Source of the DNA: Camelus ferus
Lineage: Eukaryota
NCBI RefSeq assembly: GCF_009834535.1
Contig: NC_045714.1
Location: forward strand, 42,408,001-42,472,000
Reading direction: 5' to 3'
DNA: 64,000 nt
Position 1 is the first letter of the stretch; each line of letters starts with the position of its first letter. Positions 38,100-51,211 of this stretch are shown here, one piece after another. The position numbers and the translations under genes are program-made. The notes under the pieces are model-generated. The model saw nothing but the letters and a program-made list of their open reading frames with translations, was not told where the DNA came from and searched no databases.

Positions 38100-38290
38100 C
38101 CCTGTTGCCTGGACACTTACACTCAAGGCAACGTTGGAAACCATGGCTTGAAGATGGCAGAGTATCCACTAGTCTGGGCCCCCTCCACCCCCATAGCTGA
38201 TTGATTGGATTTGAAGTAAGTATGAAAATGTTTTAAGCCACTGAGATGTCAGCAGGTTTATCTGTTATGGGAGCTAGCATTTCTCTACAT
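38100..38290 (+). mobile_element. MLT1 LTR 3' fragment
   Basis: tgttttaagccactgagatg...tctgttatgggagctagcatttctctacataataca. Confidence 0.55.
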
Positions 38291-38379
38291 AATACAGGCT
38301 GAACTTAGATAGTTGGAGAGAAGGGGGAGGATTTCAGTGGTAAAAAAGAAAGTTTATACAAAAGCCTAGATCTAGGATT

Positions 38380-38600
38380 ACTCCTGGCCTGATGACACCA
38401 GCTGCATTTATATACTTCTTATCCTCTTCAAAGTTCTCTCATCTGACACAGCCTTCATCATCATCACGTGTTACTACTGCTGTCATAATGAACAGTTTAC
38501 AGATGAAGAGACTTACAGAAGTTAAGTTATGTCCAAGGTCCCATTGCTTGTCAATGGAGGAGCCAAGACTGGACCACAGGACTCCTGACTCACAGTCCCC
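38380..38600 (-). mobile_element. MIR SINE
   Basis: cagtttacagatgaagagacttacagaagttaagttatgtccaaggtccc...ggactcctgactc. Confidence 0.7.
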
Positions 38601-39059
38601 TGCAGCATTACCCCTGCAGCACCCAGTCTCCCAAAGCCACATTCTAATGTTGGAAAAGAGATACCCTTGGCTGAAGTACACAAGGGTGCTGGAATAAATT
38701 TTAAAAATGTAGGTAGTCTGGCAGAGTTGGTTGAAGGCAAACTGTGGAGGACTTTATAAACATCAGACTGTGGAGTGTAACTTTCACTCATGGGACAATG
38801 GGGAACAACAACCAGCCTCCACTCTCAAGCCCCACAGCAGTAATTTTATACCTTCGCCCTTGTCTCCAAAGACCTTACTGCACCCTCTCGCCTTCGCTAT
38901 CAGTTGATGCCAAAGGTCCATTTCACAAAGAAAATAGAAGCTTTTATGAGGGCAAAACTTCCAGGCCCCTAGCTTCTAGATACATCTGTATCCCCAAATA
39001 GCCTTTCCCCTGTCCACACCAAGTGAAAGCGGCATCGCTCCTCTGCTAACGCTACCAAC

Positions 39060-39860
39060 CAAGGCCTAAGCACATCCCTCTTTCCGTGGAGGAGACCTTC
39101 ATCAATCATGTGTCCTTTCTCTCCCATGAATCTCCGGCTTCTTCCTCTCTTCTAGCTCCGTCTCTTCAGACTCTGACCATGGCAGAGCCCCTCACATTCT
39201 AACATCATCCCTTCCTCATGAAGCCCACAGCCCCTTCCTCTCCTCATACTTCATAACCAGGCTCCTTTAAGAAGCAGCCACAACAAACGTGCATCCCCGC
39301 TTTATCACCCCGGGCCCGCTCGTCCACCCACTGTAATGCGAGACAGCACTGAAACAGCCGCCTCTCATGATACCTCCTAAGAACTAGGTTTTATGGACAG
39401 ATACCAACATTCCTCTCAACCTTTTTATGGCACCTGACAGTGCTGCACTCCCGCTTTCTCAAAATCCTCCCCTGCCATGACTTCCATGACCCACTCTGTT
39501 CCAGTCTTTCCCTTCTGTCTACTTCCTCTTGGTTTCCTTTATTGGCTCCTCTTCCTCTGCCTCTCCCCTAAATGTCAGTGTTTCCTAGGGTCCCATCTTG
39601 ATACCTCCTCTTACCTTACAAACTCTACTCTCTCTGTTTGAAATCATCCCCAAACATAGCTTCAATGGACAGCTACCTACTGGTGACTTCCAAACTTGCA
39701 CACCAGCAGTCCAGACCCCGCGTGTGAGCTCTCCACACCTTGGCTACATTGGCCCGCCAGTATCTCCACGTGGATTTCGCGGGCACCTCAAACAACATAG
39801 CTAAAAGCACATGAAGCCTCTTCCTTACCACACTTGTTCATACTCTCTCTGCATTGATAA
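39060..39860 (+). mobile_element. L2 fragment
   Basis: gacttccatgacccactctgttccagtc...ctaaatgtcagtgtttcctagggtcc...gtgacttccaaactt...gcacctcaaacaacatag. Confidence 0.75.
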
Positions 39861-39880
39861 TGACAGCATTTGTTGAGCTC

Positions 39881-40085
39881 CGTATCAGTCTGGGTTCTCC
39901 AGAGAAACAGAACTAACAGGATGTGTGTGTATGTATGTACTTTTATATACACAAATGCAAATGAAGAGGTTTATTTTAAGGAATAGGCTCACATAATTGC
40001 AGCGACTGGAAAATCTGAAATCTGTGGGGACAGTCAGCAGGCTGGAAGTGCCAGCCAGAGCTGATGTGCAGTCTTGGACTCAGCC
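39881..40085. mobile_element. MLT2 (ERVL) LTR fragment
   Basis: gtatcagtctgggttctccagagaaacagaactaacaggatg...gaggtttattttaaggaataggctcacataattg...aatctgaaatctgtgggg. Confidence 0.85.
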
Positions 40086-43000
40086 CCACTCCAACAGGCA
40101 CTCTGAAGTCAGGGCACCTTACACAATGCCTGACACACAGCAGAAGCCCAATAAATGCTGACTAATGGCCAACCGGGTATAAAGTGAAATGCTATTCAAT
40201 GAGAATCGGACAGAAGGATGTGGAAAGCACTGACATGTGAAGAGAAGACTCAGGAAACTTGAACAAGGGCTGTGCGGTAAATCAAGCCACAGATCTTCTG
40301 GGGCCTTCATCGTCAGAGTTATCTGACCACCCCACCTCCAACTGAATGAGGCCTTCATACTGACAGGAGCACATCCGTTCCAACTTGAATGTCTCAACCA
40401 CCCTGCGAAGTTGGCATGGCAAAGAAAAGGCCACATTTTTATGAATAAATTGAGACTCAGAAAGACTAAAGGTCTTGTCTAGGTTGCTACAGAAAATACC
40501 TACAATGAAATGTCTCAATTCTTCAATGATAGGCAGGTAAGAGGGACCATAAAAACAGAAGGTCAGAACCAAAAATGACCCACGCAGTTCAAAGATCCTT
40601 ACCTACCAAAATCTACAAAAAATAAAAATATCTTCTACTATATACAAAGGATCTCTTTTATTTTATTATAATTATTGTTCAGATAAATTTTTGTCTTAGT
40701 ATTTTGTCTTAGTAATTCCTTGGTATATATTAGATTATTAGCACTATCAAACATCCATTGTTGTAGTAATAAATTTCTGGTTATATAGTAAATATCTAGA
40801 AGCAGTGTTTTCTGAAGTAACTTCAGTATGTATTTAATCTACTGTTCTTTAGGGATGGCTAAATAGCCTATATTAACCCCAGGCACCAAAAAACAGCTGG
40901 TTTTCTTATTAATAAACATTAGGATTAGTGAAATATTAATAATATATAGTCCAAACATTGCATTTGGTGGTTCTCTGAAGCCGTGGCATAGTGGTAACCC
41001 TCCATTAGCTATCTCTATTGAAGAAGGCAAGGACTGGTTACTCCCACCTACATTAGCATATATAATAACTTGACCTTTTCAAAGCTTTTTTAAATGTACT
41101 GTCATTTAAATATTATAAAACTCTTAACAAACCTTTTTAAAAGGTGTTTTATTACAGTTGACAGAAAAGAGAGGCAAATGCCTAAGGTCATGTAATTAAT
41201 AAAAGGCAAAAGCAGGACCAGACACCAGGCCTCTCTGCCCCGGCCTACTGTTACTCTACAAATCATCATACCTTCCTGACCGTGGGCCCCTAGATTGTCA
41301 GGGGTATGAGGGCAGAGAGACACCATGTCTGACTTGCTCCCCACTGGTGCCTAGCACAGTACCCAACACACAGTAGACACACAGTAAGTACATTACTGGT
41401 GAGCAGCTGAATTTATTTTCTTAGAGTCGCTTTAGTCATCTGCACGGCAGAATGGGCATATAGAATTGTCAAATATCTTGGCTTTTTAAATGCTACTGGT
41501 ATTATCAGGAATAAGCAAAAAAGAAAATACTATCTTTTCAAAATGATATGTGTTGATTTCCAAGGAGATCAGAATTCTGAGCCAGGATCCCATTTCAGCA
41601 CAAAAGGTAGCAAGTGGTATGTTTTTCAGCTTCTTAGAAAATTAAAGAGTTGGTTTAATGGGGCAAGTGAACAACTGAAAATAGAGCCTTCACATGGGAA
41701 AGGAAAAACTGCAAGGTCTCAGGAACAACAGAACCATTTGCAAGGTGGGCACGACTGACCACGGCAAGAAATGGCCTTGCTAAAGGAGTGATGATTCACC
41801 CAGAGGGATGCATGTCAACAAGACAGAATCCACTTTGGGACAAAAAGATGCAGGTTTGCGGCAAGGTAAGTCCAGCACCAAGGAACACTGAGGCTTGGGG
41901 CAGGAAGAAAAATTCTGGGCATGGCTTTCCAGCCTTCCTGTAAAACTGTGTGTGCTTAGCCATGCTAGAGCAAGGGAGAACAGGGAGGAGCTGGCTGTCT
42001 TCCATTTATTATGTTCCCAGCCCATAGGGCTCTCTTACCCTCACTGCCAAGCATCCCTAAGAAAGAGACTCAGAAATGAGATGATGATTGTTCAAGAGGC
42101 CTTCTAACCCAGCAGACTATCCCTTTCCTATGAAGTCCTCATAGCTCAATATCCCTTAGAGGTCCATCTTCCCCCAGTCCCTAAACCAAACACCCAACCT
42201 TCCATTATCCGTCTGGTTTTCTATCCACCACCTCAGCACTATATCTCCATTTCTTTGGGGATCTGAGATATCCACTATGATCCTAAGATTATTTTTAAGG
42301 GCTTCCATAAAAGCCCTTCTCCACCATACATTCCTTAATACTTCATATGTTACTTACAGAGGCAAGTTATCCAAAATAATTAAGGCATGAAGCATTTTGA
42401 ATGAGTGAGTCATTTAGATAACTGAAAACTAATTATTAAGCACCAAATTATTTCTGTAGTCTTGCTAAAATGAATGATGCCTTAGTAAACAGAGAATATA
42501 AAAAATAGCTCAAAATTCTACCCAACCTTCAAAATCCAGTCTGATTACAAACATTTGCTGAAAGCATCCTCCAATCCCCTCTCACCGCATCCACCCACCA
42601 CCAGAAATAACCTCTTTCGTCTGTGATCCTACATTTTGATTATACCTTCTTCGCAGCACACTGCGCGGTCGGCCTGAGGTTAGAGGTATAAATGCACCAT
42701 GTCTAACTTAAAAAAAAAAAAAAACAACTGAAGACTCTTGGTGATTCAGACATTGTAAAGAGCACCCTAACACAGCAGAACCTTCAAGGATTGCGAGCTC
42801 TGGAGGACAGGAAAGTGTCATATGAGAGAACATGTCAGTGTCATTAAAACATCCTTTGGCTTCTGTTTAGTATTTCTCGGTTTTAGAAAAAAATGTTTTC
42901 CTACAAGGGAAGAATACTCTAAATTCCTGTTAGGGTTTTTTTTTTTTTTCCCCTAAAAGGGAATTTAAAAAAAAAAAAATCTCAACTTGCAAACAGAAAG

Positions 43001-44072
43001 TTCTGGTGGAGTTGTCATTGCTAAACGTCCACTGACCCATTTTCTGGGTCTCAAGATGTGCATTCAAATGGCAGCCTGCAGTTCAGCAGGAAGAGGAGAC
43101 AGTACGCGGAGGGGCATGGTAAGTGACAGTGGTCTTTCTAGCGGAGATGCTATGCTATGTTTGGCACCCAGTTCACCAGTATGAAAGCCAGGCTCCTTCG
43201 TACCAACAGCGCTACAAGGAAATAAGAAACAGAACACATGATAGAGCAATTCAAGTTTTCAGCTAAAGGTCCATAGCAACCACTTCGAGCAAGGCTGACA
43301 ACACTCTTTTCCCAAAGCTTTAGTGTTTGGGTATGACAAATCAGGTGGGAAGCATGGTTTAAGTATTCTAGACACTCACCTCAAACTCAAACCCTCCTTA
43401 CCAGCAATAGAGGATTCTAAGTGGTCAGCCAAGGATCACCAACTCCAAGTTCCCTCCTCCCTCCCCAAGTCCTCTCCCCAGCAGCTATTCTCTTGCAGGA
43501 TTCCTCTTCCTTGTCATGGGAAGGAATAGAATTTTCTTCGTGGAAGCAGGGAGAATGGGGTGGTAGGGTTGCTGGTATCATGATATTAAGTATCTAGTCA
43601 TGTGTGCAGCCCCCCAGGGATAATAACTGCTCTTGTTCTTGCCTTGTCATTGACTGAGGAATTTTTAAATCCAGTATCTTCAGACAGAATTGTGTCACAT
43701 AAGTTAATTTTACTGATAACTGAAGCACTAAAACATGCAAGCTTATGATAGAAAGATTTCTAAATTAATCTGCATTACTTCCTTCCCAACCTTTCTGAAC
43801 TAACCAAACCATAATTTGACATATTCCTGCTGAACAGGATAGCAATTATGATTAATTAATGTATTCAGAAACCACTGAGGCAAACAGGACAGTTTCCTCT
43901 ATGTATGTCCCCAAACTGCTACACTCTGAATTATTTTGTTGAGTGTTTTTGTCTCTGTCATCGCCAGCTGTCTCTTGCTTTTGTTAGTGTGTTTGCCTCT
44001 AGCGGAGGGTCTCTTAATTCATAGCTTCTGACATCAGATAGACCTGGAAAGGCAAGCTATTAAGAGTCATGG

Positions 44073-44349
44073 CATAGAAAACAAACTTATGGTTACCAGG
44101 GGGAAAGAAAGTGCAAAGGGATAAATTGGGAGTTCCAGATTTGCAGATACTAACTACTATATATAAAACAGATAAACAACAAGTTTCTACTATATAGCAC
44201 AGGGAACTATATTGAATATCTTGTAGTAACCTATCATGAAAGAGAACATAAAAGGGAATATATGTATGTATATGGATGACTGAAACATTATGCTGTACAC
44301 CAGAAATTGACACAAAATTGTAAACTGACTATACTTCAATAAAAAAAAA
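44073..44349 (+). mobile_element. Young 5'-truncated L1 3' end with TSD
   Basis: catagaaaacaaacttatggttaccagggg...aattgacacaaaattgtaaactgactatacttcaataaaaaaaaaa. TSD AGTCATGG at 44065-44072 and 44350-44357. Confidence 0.93.
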
Positions 44350-44499
44350 AGTCATGGGCTAAGGCTCACTCTCATCAGCCTCACTTTCAGATCCAGGTAG
44401 TCAGCCTCCAGACCCCATGTTATCATCCACTACAGCCACATTTCCCAAACTTGCCTAATTATAAAGAATCATGAAGTGTGTATGTGGAGTGGGGAATGT

Positions 44500-44620
44500 T
44501 AAAATACACATTCTCAGTCCCTTCTCCTAGAAATTCTAATTCAGTGGGTCTGGGGAGGAGCCCTGGAATCTGTATTTTTAACACAAGTCCTCAGATGATT
44601 TCCACGACCAAGTTTAGAGA
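44500..44620. mobile_element. MER5-type MITE fragment
   Basis: attctaattcagtgggtctggggaggagccctggaatctgtatttttaacacaagtcctcagatgatt. Confidence 0.75.
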
Positions 44621-44639
44621 CAATACCTCATGCCATCCA

Positions 44640-45560
44640 TGCTGACCACTCAGCATTGGGACTTCTTCAGGAGCATAATAAACCTGCGCCAACACCAACT
44701 TTTTCCAAAGAGACCTTATAACGAATAAAATTTCCAGGTCACTGCCCTTCTATTGCCCTCAGGCCAAAGCCCCTGATCTTCTGAGGCTCCTATAGGCTGT
44801 CCATAACATCTCTTCTCATTGCCAGTACTTCATTCACCAAAGACTTGGCCCACCTTACTTCTTTCCACCCCAAGTGGCCTGCCATCCTCTTGATGGCTTG
44901 GAAAACCACATGGATGACCCAAACAACTCTCCAGCTTCAGTTACTTGACCTCCTCAACTGCTCATCTTCACAAAGCTCACTTCACTTCAGCCACTTATGT
45001 CTGTGGCAAAACCCAGAAGCCTGTCATGTTCAGTAATTAATTGCTTCAACTCTGAAATCTTCCACTCACATGTCCCTCTCTAACCACAACATCCTATTGC
45101 TCCAACATTCCAATATATGCATTGCTTGATTTCACCTCTGGTCCTTTTCTCCTCCACGTCCAGCCAAGACACCCTTACCTATCATGTTACCCACTCCCTG
45201 GCCAATATCCTCAGTTCCTCTGTCTGTTGCTCAAACCCAGCAAACCTCAATCCCAGCTCAGTCCAGCTATATGCCTTCTTTGCTCCTAAAACCAGGCAAC
45301 TGAATGCTACTGTCACCCCCAATCAATCCACGGTCTCCTACCTCAGTGGAGCCCTGCCTACTCCCCAGAGATCATAGACATTTCCTCATGTTCACTCTTC
45401 CTCTCCCAAGCTTCAACTGGATGTCAAATCTCCTTGTTCTTCCACTGAACTCTTCCCACTTAACTCTTAGCAGAGAACCTTACCCTCTATTTCACAGAGA
45501 GGATGGAAGTCACCAGACTAGCACTTGCTCATAAGCCATCCTACCAGAAAATGCAACTGT
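44640..45560 (+). mobile_element. L2 internal (ORF2) fragment
   Basis: cttgacctcctcaactgctc...tccctctctaaccacaacatcct...tatttcacagagaggatggaagtcacc. Confidence 0.6.
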
Positions 45561-46029
45561 GCCCAGCTATTCTATTGTGAGGGCTGCCAAGCCCAGCCAT
45601 GCCTGTTCTGGGCCTACTGTTTGCTTGGTTATTTAAGCTAGCTCCCTGGTGATGATCATTACTGAAGTAAGTAGTCACGGTGGTATCTCTGTGGTGGAGG
45701 GGGAAAAAAACAGCCAGTCTCTCAAAGGATCCCTCTATCCTGAGAATCTTTCTTAAGATTGGGAAGAATTTAAAAAGAAGACTAAGGGAAAAAAAGCTTT
45801 CTTACCTAAAAGCATTTAGTAAGTCTAAATACAAACATAAAGTTGCCATACATCAATGGAATGATTACCCATCCCAAACCAAATAGCTTATTTCGTTATA
45901 ATTTTTATAAATTCAAAACTAGAGTTGGTGAAACAATACTGTTAGTTATGGTCTGTCTTTCACTCTTAACTCTAATTTGTTGACGGGACAAAAAGTCTTT
46001 TCCTAAGGTTTTTTTTTCTCCTTATAATG

Positions 46030-46200
46030 TTAATAGGTAACACTGACTGTTTTCTGTGTGTAACTGTGCTACTCACAATGACCCTGTGAGATAAGAACTA
46101 TTATTTTTTCTCCATTTACAGCTGAAAAAACAGACTTAGACATGTGAAGGAATTTGCCCAAGGGCTTGCAGCTAGAAAGTGGCAAAGGCAAAATTAAAAC
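46030..46200 (-). mobile_element. MIR SINE
   Basis: ctcacaatgaccctgtgagataag...catttacagctgaaaaaacagacttag...ttgcccaagggcttgcagctagaaagtggc. Confidence 0.7.
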
Positions 46201-46409
46201 ACAGAGCCCGAACACAAATTAATCTGTGTGCTTTGGCACAGTGGTTATTAACAGAAACTTTCCAGGAAATGCAACACCCTAACCCAAGCATTGTTTTTTA
46301 TACTCCAGTATACGTTCAGAAACACAAACATAGAGGAACCATCAAATATTAATATTATAGTATATCCCATATTCATTCATTCATCCCTACATCCATATCA
46401 GAAGGCAGC

Positions 46410-46650
46410 AATGAAGAGGGAAGATCCTATAGTCAGATCATAGAGATTCAAGTTCTAGCTCCACCACTTTCTTAGCTGCATAACTTTAAAAATTATTTCT
46501 CCAAAATCAATTTTCTCAAAACAATAAAAACAACAACAAAATGACAGTGTAATAACCATCACCACCTTAGTAGGTTCTCACAGAGACCGAGAGAACATGT
46601 GAACACACTTAGCCGTGGACTTGGCACACAGTCTCAGAAAAGGTTAGCTG
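46410..46650 (+). mobile_element. MIR SINE
   Basis: gattcaagttctagctccaccactttcttagctgcataac...taggttctcacagag...ttagccgtggacttggcacacag. Confidence 0.65.
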
Positions 46651-46779
46651 GGATAACATACCTAGGCTGATCCAAGTTTCAATAAAACTCATTACTGAGG
46701 AAGGTAAGAAATGTGAAGGAACAAGAAAAGGTCAGCTGTTATAAAAATCATTATTTTACCCAAAAGGTATTGGGGACCT

Positions 46780-47830
46780 GTACCTAGTGGAGTCTAGGCC
46801 GAGCACTGCGCCAGGACCAGGCCATAAACAGGACCAGGCTGCCACCGCCCTCCTGGTCTTGCAGTCTATTGAGGGAGTAGACCATAACGAAGGAAACAAA
46901 CATAAATGAAATACTTGGAACTTTGGTGAAGTGTTAAGCAGGAAACGCACACGTACTGAGAAGGGGGACAATGGGGAAGAAGTTACTCTAAAGGGGTGAT
47001 CAGGGAAGGGGCCCCTCTGAGGAACGACATTTAGCAGAGACCAGATGCTGGAGAAAGATCTACTAGAAAAATCTGGGGAAGAGTGCCAGGCAGAGGGAAG
47101 GGCTGCACGGAAGAGGAGAAGAATTTGGCATTGCGAGGAACCAACGGTGCTCCCACCTGCAGGGAGCGTGGAGGGAAGAGGGGGAGGCAGAGGCCAGCCC
47201 TGGAGTAAGCGTGGATGTGGCTCTGACGACCGGGGGCTCCATGGCTGCTGCAGGGAGAATGGGTTGGAGAAGGCAAGAACAAGAACGGAAGCTGGGAGAC
47301 CAAGTAACAGGCAGGGCATTCATCCAGCGAGAGGGAACGGAGCTGGATCAGGAGGACAGAGGGAAGGGAGGACCTGAGGTATCCCGGAGGCTAGGCCGAT
47401 GGACTGGATGTGGAGTGAGGCCTCAGAGAAATCAAGGTCAACTTTCAGGTCTCTGGCTAAACAATGAATGGACTGTAATGACACTGAGACAGCGAAGGCT
47501 GAAGGCAGGGGAAGGCTGGAGGAGAGAGGGAAGGGGGTAAGTAATGAGGAATACAAATTTGGAATTTTGAGGAGACTGAGTAATCAGTTCTGGACATGTG
47601 AAGTTTGAGGTCATGGTGAGGCTGCAAGTAGGGACAGCAGGGGGGCAGCAGCTAAAAATGCAAGTCTTGATCCAAAGAAAGGTCCAGACGGGAGGTGTAA
47701 CTGAGGCAGTCACCTGCATCCAGAGGGTAATAAAGTCCTGGAAATGGATGAGGTCACTTAGGAAGAGAATATGATGAGAGAAGGGAGGTAGCCAAGCGAG
47801 GAAAGAAGAAATAACAACAAATCAGATCAG
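46780..47830 (-). mobile_element. Long L2 fragment
   Basis: gatcagggaaggggcccctctgaggaacgacatttagcagagacc...aatcagttctggacatgtgaagtttgagg...ggatgaggtcacttaggaagagaat. Confidence 0.85.
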
Positions 47831-48879
47831 TAATCTAAAACTGAACGTGATAACACAGCCTGTACAAAAACACAAAGAACTGCCCCAACTACGTGCTTGG
47901 TAAGTGCCTGTGGAACAAATACAAATAAATTCTTAACGCTTTCCCTTTAGGCCTCTAAGAGAATAAAATTTTTCATTTAGGATTTTTTTCTCCCAAGTTC
48001 TCATATATTTGGAGCACAAGAACAAAGTTTTTGAAGGTTTGGATTGTGTTCAAAGGAATTCTTTTCCTTTAGAGCAAAAAGCAAGGATTTTTTTTCAAAA
48101 ACTCACTAAAATTAAAAGTTGCCTATTTGAAATTCAAGCCTTTAAAAATTCTCTATATTCTCTCTGTAAAAATTCTACCCCAATATACATTTTTTCCTTC
48201 CTTATAATGAAAATGTAATAATGTTTTACTACAGATGTCATTTCACCCAGAAAGATGAAACTGGTACTTTTAAACAGTTCAAGAGTCACATGAGAGTTGT
48301 AAAATGCTCAAGAAATCAAAGATTTATTTTTAAACGTTAAAACACACACACAAAACTTAAGTCACCTGCTAGGCCATCCAAAAACTGATAAGCAGGGAGT
48401 TCAAATGGATAGAGTTGCCAGGAAAATAAGGAACAATAACAGCTATTCCTCAAATGAAAATGCATTCATGTTGTAATTACATCTCTGGGTATCTGCTGAC
48501 ACACACACACAAACACTCACTACGCTCTTGGGGCCAATACTATCACTAAGAACTACCAAACTGAAATCACAGCTGTAAACACAACTGGGATACTTCATAC
48601 ATTTCAAAGATTTCCAATGAAACACAAGGGATAATGTATAAGAAGGAAAGTCAGTCACATTTGCTAAAACTGTTCCTTCCCTCAATTGTTCAAGTTAAAT
48701 CAAGACTGTAATTCTTTTTAAGATCATAAGCCTCCCTCTACAACTCTGCTCCTCAGATAGGTAAAGGAGAGGACTATCCTGACTTTTAAAAGACTGTTAT
48801 CTCACTTCATGATATAGTTATCTAAAAGCCTAGGAGGCTACCAGGAAGGTCACGTGAATGGATGGATAATGAAAACTTG

Positions 48880-49330
48880 TTCATTCAACAAATATCGATT
48901 AAGCACCCATAATGTGTTATGTGCTGTTCTGAAGATAACATCAGTGAAAAAAGCTTCACACTTCCAGATTAATGGGGGAGGGGAGAGACCACAATAAACC
49001 AACAAATAAATATGTATTTACCAAGTGGTAGTAAGTGCTATGAAGAAAAGTAAGATTCGTTAAGAAGGACAGGGGGATGGAATATATCTTACACAGGGTG
49101 GACACGGAAAAGCCTTATAAGGGGGTACCTCTGAGTGGAGACCTGAGGCAAGAACCATGGTATCCAGGGAACAGAGTTTCAGGCAGATGCAACAGCGAAT
49201 GCAAAGGCACTGAGGCTGGCATATGCCTGAAGATTTTAAGGACTAGCAGAAATTCGTCAGGCAACGCTGCTAGTGAGGACAGGGAGGCAGCCTAGTAGCC
49301 ACAGCAAGGACCTCAGATTTTACTCCAGGA
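48880..49330 (-). mobile_element. L2 3' fragment
   Basis: gttcattcaacaaatatcgattaagcacc...gtggagacctgaggc...tttcaggcagatgcaacagcgaatgcaaaggcactgagg. Confidence 0.8.
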
Positions 49331-51211
49331 GGAGTAGCTACTTGAGTACTCTAAGCAGAGGACATACATAACCTCCTCTTTAAAACGATCATAAAAGGAA
49401 CAAATTCTCATAAAAATGAGGCATAATCTATTTATAAGTGTGAAAAAAGCAGACAACAAAACAATCTTACAGGATGGTAGGTAGCATTTCTGGAAGAAAA
49501 AATACATATGCGAACTAAATACCAAACTATGATTTACTATGGTTTGTGGAATTGTGGGTATTTTCTTATGCCTTTCTTAGTTTTTTTTTCCCCTACTTTT
49601 TTGCCTTAAAACATGAAATTACTTTTGTAATTTTTGATATTATCGTAGGAAAGAAAAACCACTCTTTCCTAGTCTGAGACTGCCGTGAGACTGCCCTAGT
49701 CTGAAATCTTCCTTAAATATGACCAAAAAAGAATGGGGATCATTTTCTCCCCAAATTACCCTGCTTCCCATGAAACGTTTTCCTGTTACCAGCAAAGCCC
49801 AAATCAAGCGCAGACTCATTGTATCAAGGTCACAAAACCAACTTGGTTAATATGTTTGTGATTACATAGTAGATCTGTCCTCTGCAGCAACTTTGATACC
49901 ATCTTTCCAAGGCAGCAACAGAAGGGCCCTTTTCATTAATTTCCTAACACTCTTCGCTACTACTATGCCGCTTCTGGATTTTTCCACTGTGTGTCTCTTA
50001 GAAACAAAGTAAGCCCGAATAAGTTGTTCCAGCTAATGAAGTGCGCTTTTGGCTCTTTCCCCGTGGTTGAGAATTATCCGGCAAAACACCAATTGTTTTA
50101 GGAAGCATTTTCTCTTAGTTTTGAAATATTGCAATACGAAGTTACTGCAAATAAAGAACATCAAGATAACAACATACAAGAACATGTATAAATGGAAACT
50201 ACTGTAATCCTTTTTAAAATTGCGGATATGTGGAGGTCTCATGAATAAATATACTATGTGTTCACATGACACGGATAAAAACAGAAAGCTGTATGCCCTC
50301 TCTCCTCCTCTACACCCCCTCCCCCATCACATAACAGTTTCTCACAGGGCACAAGCCCAGGGCAATCACTGCTCAGAAATGCAAACCATGCAACTCAAAA
50401 TGACTCAAGCTCTCAAAACACTTTCCACCTAAGCTCCACATCCCACCCACTCCTCAATCACTTCCGACAGGCTTCTCCGAATGGAAATACCAAACTGGGA
50501 AGGTTGAACAAGCCCCAAACTCCGCTCACATGCCACTCGCAGCATCCAGGAAGCGGGAGCCCCGGGTTAACTGCCTTCGTATGGGCAAACACGGGTCCCA
50601 GGATGGAGGAGTCTGCGGTACCACGAGTGGCTCGAGTCCGGTTTCAGCCCCATCCCCGCAGGATGCCGCCGGCCCGCGGGAGTTGGAGCAAGTGACTCTC
50701 AGCCGCCCGGCATCTCCGCCCCACGTCGGTCAGGTCGCCCCCCACGCTCCTCTCCGGGCTCTTGGGGGCACACGCGGTGCTCACACCCGGCGCACACTCG
50801 GACACGCACCCTCACACGGTCCGGCGGGCATCTGCGGACACCCTCACTGCCCAGTCACAAGCCCCTTGTGTGGCCGGCGGGGGCTACACAGACCCCCGGG
50901 AGTGCAGCACCCTCACGCCTCCAGGGCGCCGGAGCCGGCGGGGTGGGGGGGGTGATGACAGATGGGGCGGAGGGCGGCGCTTCGGGGGGAAGGGGCGGAG
51001 CCTCCCAGCAAGGGGGTGCTGGCGGCTGACAGAAAGACCCGGGGCAGCGGGCGGGAGGGGGTGGGGGACACTGCGGGCAGGGCCGGGGACCAGGCGTGGC
51101 AGGAGAAGCTCACGCAGACACAGTGGGCTGACAGGCGGAGACACACACACACACACGGGGGCTGACAGTCGCGGGGGAACACGGGGCCGGCGGGCCGCAG
51201 CGGGCGCTCAC

